Origin: Candidatus Saccharimonadota bacterium
Lineage (GTDB): Bacteria > Patescibacteriota > Saccharimonadia > Saccharimonadales > SZUA-47
DNA length: 64,000 nucleotides
Direction of reading: 5' to 3'
NCBI GenBank assembly: GCA_016700315.1
Contig: CP065013.1
Span: forward strand, 257,449-321,448
Below are positions 61,147 to 64,000 of this stretch, piece by piece. Below the pieces are notes generated by a model. It worked only from the letters and a program-made list of their open reading frames with translations, was not told the origin of the DNA and ran no database searches. Numbering within the stretch: the stretch's first letter is position 1; every line of letters begins with the position of its first letter. The position numbers and the translations under genes were made by a program.

Positions 61147-63216
61147 ATGATCAAAGTCTTTGAACTAGTTGTCAGTAAATCACAGGTGACAAAAGAAGAT
61201 TTTTTTGAATTATATAATACTCTTACAGCTCATCTCGGTACATTCTCGAGCGTTAAATTCCACATTTTAATGCGGGAAAATCACTTTAGGTATTTTGTTG
61301 AAAGCGATAGAGATCTTAGTTCAATATCTGGGAGTGTGCACTTTTGTGTTCTACGAGAAGTCCAAGAAAAAGAAATAGAATTGCCAAAACACGTCTCCAG
61401 AGAGAGGTTCGTAAATTTTGTGACAAGTGGATCACTGACAACGTTAAAAGAAAAAATGTCCTTAAGACGAGGCAAGATGCTTGAACATTTCGTTTGCCAG
61501 GTGACGAGGGTAAATTTTGAGTATGCTCACGTAAAAATGCTGCTCTACTTCAAAAACGCTAAAGGCGATTACTCACTTGCAAAAAAGATAACCAACAAAT
61601 TCCCCGCCCACTTATTCGCAATGGATTTTGAAGTTTCCAATAACTTTATGCGAACCGAGACCCCGAAGTATCTTAATATTGAAAAGGCTCTACATATAAT
61701 TAACTCCGAAAATATGAACGCAATCTTGGAGGTAGACACGTTCCCATATTTTCCTCAGCCATATTACTTAGCACTCCCTACGTACGAATTTGATAAGCAT
61801 TCAATGATTGTTGGAGCTTCGGGAAGTGGCAAATCAAAGTTCATTGAATTGTTTATAGATAGACTAAGTCGAATGCCGAATAGGTTCAATTATCGTGTTG
61901 TAGTTATTGACCCGCATGCCAACTTAGCTGAAGACTTGAAGCATATAGACTCGTCAAAAATCATTGACTTTAAAGCCGAAAACACAGAACTTTTTGCTGG
62001 GGCAGAAGCCGACACAACTGCTGCTACTGAACTAACGTCGACTCTGATGAAGTCACTAATGGGAGATAGTTTTAACCCTAGAGTAGAAAGAGTAATGCGT
62101 TTTACGCTATACGTGTTGTTTACTGCAAAATCTATGTCATTAAGCATGTTGAAGCGTTTTTTGACAGACGTAGAAGTACGACAGCAAGTGCTAGATCATG
62201 TTCAGGGGCACGTTCCGCATAATATCAGCCACTTCTTTGCTACTGACTACAACGAAATCCGCACCGCATTTTATAACGAAGGCATTCTTCCGATTATCGC
62301 AATCGTCGACGAACTCGAGCTACAACCTGCTCTAATGGCCGAGGGAGGGCTTTCAATACAAAGCACCATTAGAGATAGCTTTTTGACCGTTTTTTCGTTA
62401 AACAAGGTTAGCATGGGCGAAAAGGTCGTCAAGACAATTGCGGGCCTACTAATTCAGCAGATATTCCTACTTGCACAGTCCAGAGCCTTTAACGAAAAAG
62501 TCCTACTTTTCATCGACGAAGTGTCGGTAGTTCAGAACCCCGCCCTGTCGGCAATCTTGAGTGAAGCCAGGAAGTTTAACCTTTTTGTAATTCTTACTCA
62601 GCAATACTTTGCTCAAGTCGATAAGAGCCTACGAGATTCAATATTCGCAAACGTATCAAACTACTATTGCTTTAGAGTCGCAGAAGAAGATGCCATCCAA
62701 CTAGTTGGTAATTTACCAATGGAGCTGCCCAATGAAACTCTAGTTGAGGCGAAAGAAAAAGGGATCAAAGAAGAAACAATAAAGATACGACATTTGACAG
62801 ATTTACACCCAAGAGAATGCATAGTCCGTATTGCGAGTAATGGCATGCTACTCCCCTGCTTCAAAGCTAAGACTCTGGATACGCGGCAGCACGTAATAGA
62901 GACCAGCGTTACAAAGGACTATAAACCTCAAATGTATGAAGGGCCAGTAATTTCAATCGACAACTTTTTCGCAAAGGCGGAAGCCGCAATTGAGGGCGCT
63001 AAATTAGATTCGTCTGACTATGCTGGTATCATACGCGACTTAGAGCCTTTTGTCCTGAAAGACAGTAGCAGCTCTTCAAGTCATCTTAGTATACAAAATG
63101 AACCACCTCCAGACAGGAAACCGCCAGACTTACGGCCAAATCCTGCACAGGAGAGGCCTGTCAGTTTGGATGCAATCATGAACGAGCAATCAACAAAAGA
63201 AAATGGAAAGGAGTAA
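61147..63216 (+). CDS. HerA/FtsK-superfamily ATPase (DUF87-like)
   Basis: Walker A VGASGSGKSKF followed by VVVIDPHANLAEDL (the DPHGEY-type motif of HerA/DUF87), Walker B LLFIDEVSVV and ILTQQ. A ~220-aa N-terminal domain and no TM helices. Confidence 0.65.
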   Translation: MIKVFELVVSKSQVTKEDFFELYNTLTAHLGTFSSVKFHILMRENHFRYFVESDRDLSSISGSVHFCVLREVQEKEIELPKHVSRERFVNFVTSGSLTTLKEKMSLRRGKMLEHFVCQVTRVNFEYAHVKMLLYFKNAKGDYSLAKKITNKFPAHLFAMDFEVSNNFMRTETPKYLNIEKALHIINSENMNAILEVDTFPYFPQPYYLALPTYEFDKHSMIVGASGSGKSKFIELFIDRLSRMPNRFNYRVVVIDPHANLAEDLKHIDSSKIIDFKAENTELFAGAEADTTAATELTSTLMKSLMGDSFNPRVERVMRFTLYVLFTAKSMSLSMLKRFLTDVEVRQQVLDHVQGHVPHNISHFFATDYNEIRTAFYNEGILPIIAIVDELELQPALMAEGGLSIQSTIRDSFLTVFSLNKVSMGEKVVKTIAGLLIQQIFLLAQSRAFNEKVLLFIDEVSVVQNPALSAILSEARKFNLFVILTQQYFAQVDKSLRDSIFANVSNYYCFRVAEEDAIQLVGNLPMELPNETLVEAKEKGIKEETIKIRHLTDLHPRECIVRIASNGMLLPCFKAKTLDTRQHVIETSVTKDYKPQMYEGPVISIDNFFAKAEAAIEGAKLDSSDYAGIIRDLEPFVLKDSSSSSSHLSIQNEPPPDRKPPDLRPNPAQERPVSLDAIMNEQSTKENGKE

Positions 63217-63220
63217 AAAG

Positions 63221-63910
63221 ATGAACGACCAAAAAGCACAAGAAATCGCCGACAAAATAATTGGCCAGATATTCGGACTCCAAAATCCATTTACACTAGA
63301 GCAGTTCGCTGCAAAATTCGCATTTGATATTCGTTTAACTGGAGAAGTTTTTGAAACAAAAACAGGTGAGTCAACCTGGGCGCAAAACACAAAGCATAGT
63401 AAATACCTGACGTTTGATAGTCTAAAAAACGAAGAAGAAAAGTTAGAGCCAAAAAAACCAATCAACTCCGTTGAAGATATAATGCGCTATTGGCAAGAAA
63501 CCAATTACACTGCGACTGAAAGAACGCTAAATTCAATCAACATCGCAAAAAGTGATGCAATTTATGGTTCACAAAATATCTACAGATCGATAGATATTCA
63601 CGACTCCAAAAATATTCTTTTTAGCGAAAGTTCGCATGACTCAGAATTTTCCGCTGCCATCCAAAGATCTGGAACCTGCGTATACTCTCTACGTGTTGAC
63701 GATAGTAAAAATATATCCAAGAGTTTTCAGGTTTCTTGGTCCGGGAATATTTCAAATTGCCTCTTCATCAAGGACTCTAATGGTTTATCGGACTGCATGT
63801 TCTGCTCGCAGTTAACTAATCGCCGCTTTTGCATTGCTAATATGCAGTTTACTGAAGAAGAGTACCGAAAATGGGAAAAAATCGTTAAAGAGTGGGTGCT
63901 AGCTAGCTAG
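63221..63910 (+). CDS. Hypothetical protein, partner of the HerA-like ATPase
   Basis: ATG at 63221 lies 7 nt after an AAGGAG Shine-Dalgarno sequence and just after the upstream stop. The C-terminal half has a short periodic S/N/D-rich pattern. No family recognised. Confidence 0.55.
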   Translation: MNDQKAQEIADKIIGQIFGLQNPFTLEQFAAKFAFDIRLTGEVFETKTGESTWAQNTKHSKYLTFDSLKNEEEKLEPKKPINSVEDIMRYWQETNYTATERTLNSINIAKSDAIYGSQNIYRSIDIHDSKNILFSESSHDSEFSAAIQRSGTCVYSLRVDDSKNISKSFQVSWSGNISNCLFIKDSNGLSDCMFCSQLTNRRFCIANMQFTEEEYRKWEKIVKEWVLAS

Positions 63911-64000
63911 TCCTGCTACCAAGCCGCGAGATAAATTCGCGCAAGAACTCTACCTGGGATGCTCGCCATTCGGGCGGAAACGAATCGACAGTTTCTAGAG

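Overview
This 64-kb window looks like part of a small, reduced bacterial genome of the Patescibacteria/CPR type, Saccharibacteria-like. That placement is an inference from gene content: a secretin-less type IV pilus locus, four-helix-bundle '23S IVS' proteins, many short hypothetical proteins and almost no metabolism. I call about 65 genes, roughly 90% on the minus strand.

Layout:
- 1-3.1 kb: tRNA-Arg(CCU), a divergent AdoHcy-hydrolase-fold protein, ndk and a Xer-type recombinase.
- 3.3-20.2 kb: a ~17-kb type IV pilus (T4P) locus with PilX-like protein, three minor pilins, pilD, two tandem pilins, pilC, pilT, pilB, pilO-like, pilN and pilM. Upstream of it in the same orientation lie an 838-aa secreted protein, a TPR-like anchor and a T/P/G/N-rich secreted protein.
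- 20.2-28.1 kb: a visibly more A+T-rich accessory stretch. It holds a 650-bp non-coding C-rich/palindrome region, a PfkB-like kinase, a LOG/TIGR00725-like protein, a PP2C phosphatase, a PaaX-like gene inside perfect inverted repeats, VKOR, VapBC and a transglutaminase-like gene inside 56-bp direct repeats.
- 28-50 kb: housekeeping genes ychF, tlyA, efp, rpsR-ssb-rpsF, ftsK, rnj, udg, pnp, rpsO, truB, rpsT, holA and mutM.
- 50-64 kb: hydrolases, an ABC exporter, three basic low-complexity proteins, two decayed nucleotide-metabolism genes, polA, and a HerA/DUF87-like ATPase with an unknown partner at the window edge.

The most unusual signals are repeat-based rather than gene-based:
1. A window-wide family of heptanucleotide tandem arrays in intergenic spacers.
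2. The same arrays, sometimes with an adjacent hairpin, inserted in frame into polA, tlyA, truB and mutM.
3. Four-helix-bundle genes bracketed by inverted heptamer arrays and sitting inside the pil and rpsF-ssb-rpsR operons.
4. A ~92-nt two-hairpin element found three times. Two copies are flanked by ~48-bp direct duplications of the 3' end of the preceding gene (pnp, mutM).
5. A palindromic hairpin element in five copies, two of which form 35-bp perfect terminal inverted repeats around a single PaaX-like gene.

All calls come from reading the sequence and the ORF track only; no database search was run. Several frameshifts sit in homopolymers and could be sequencing errors.
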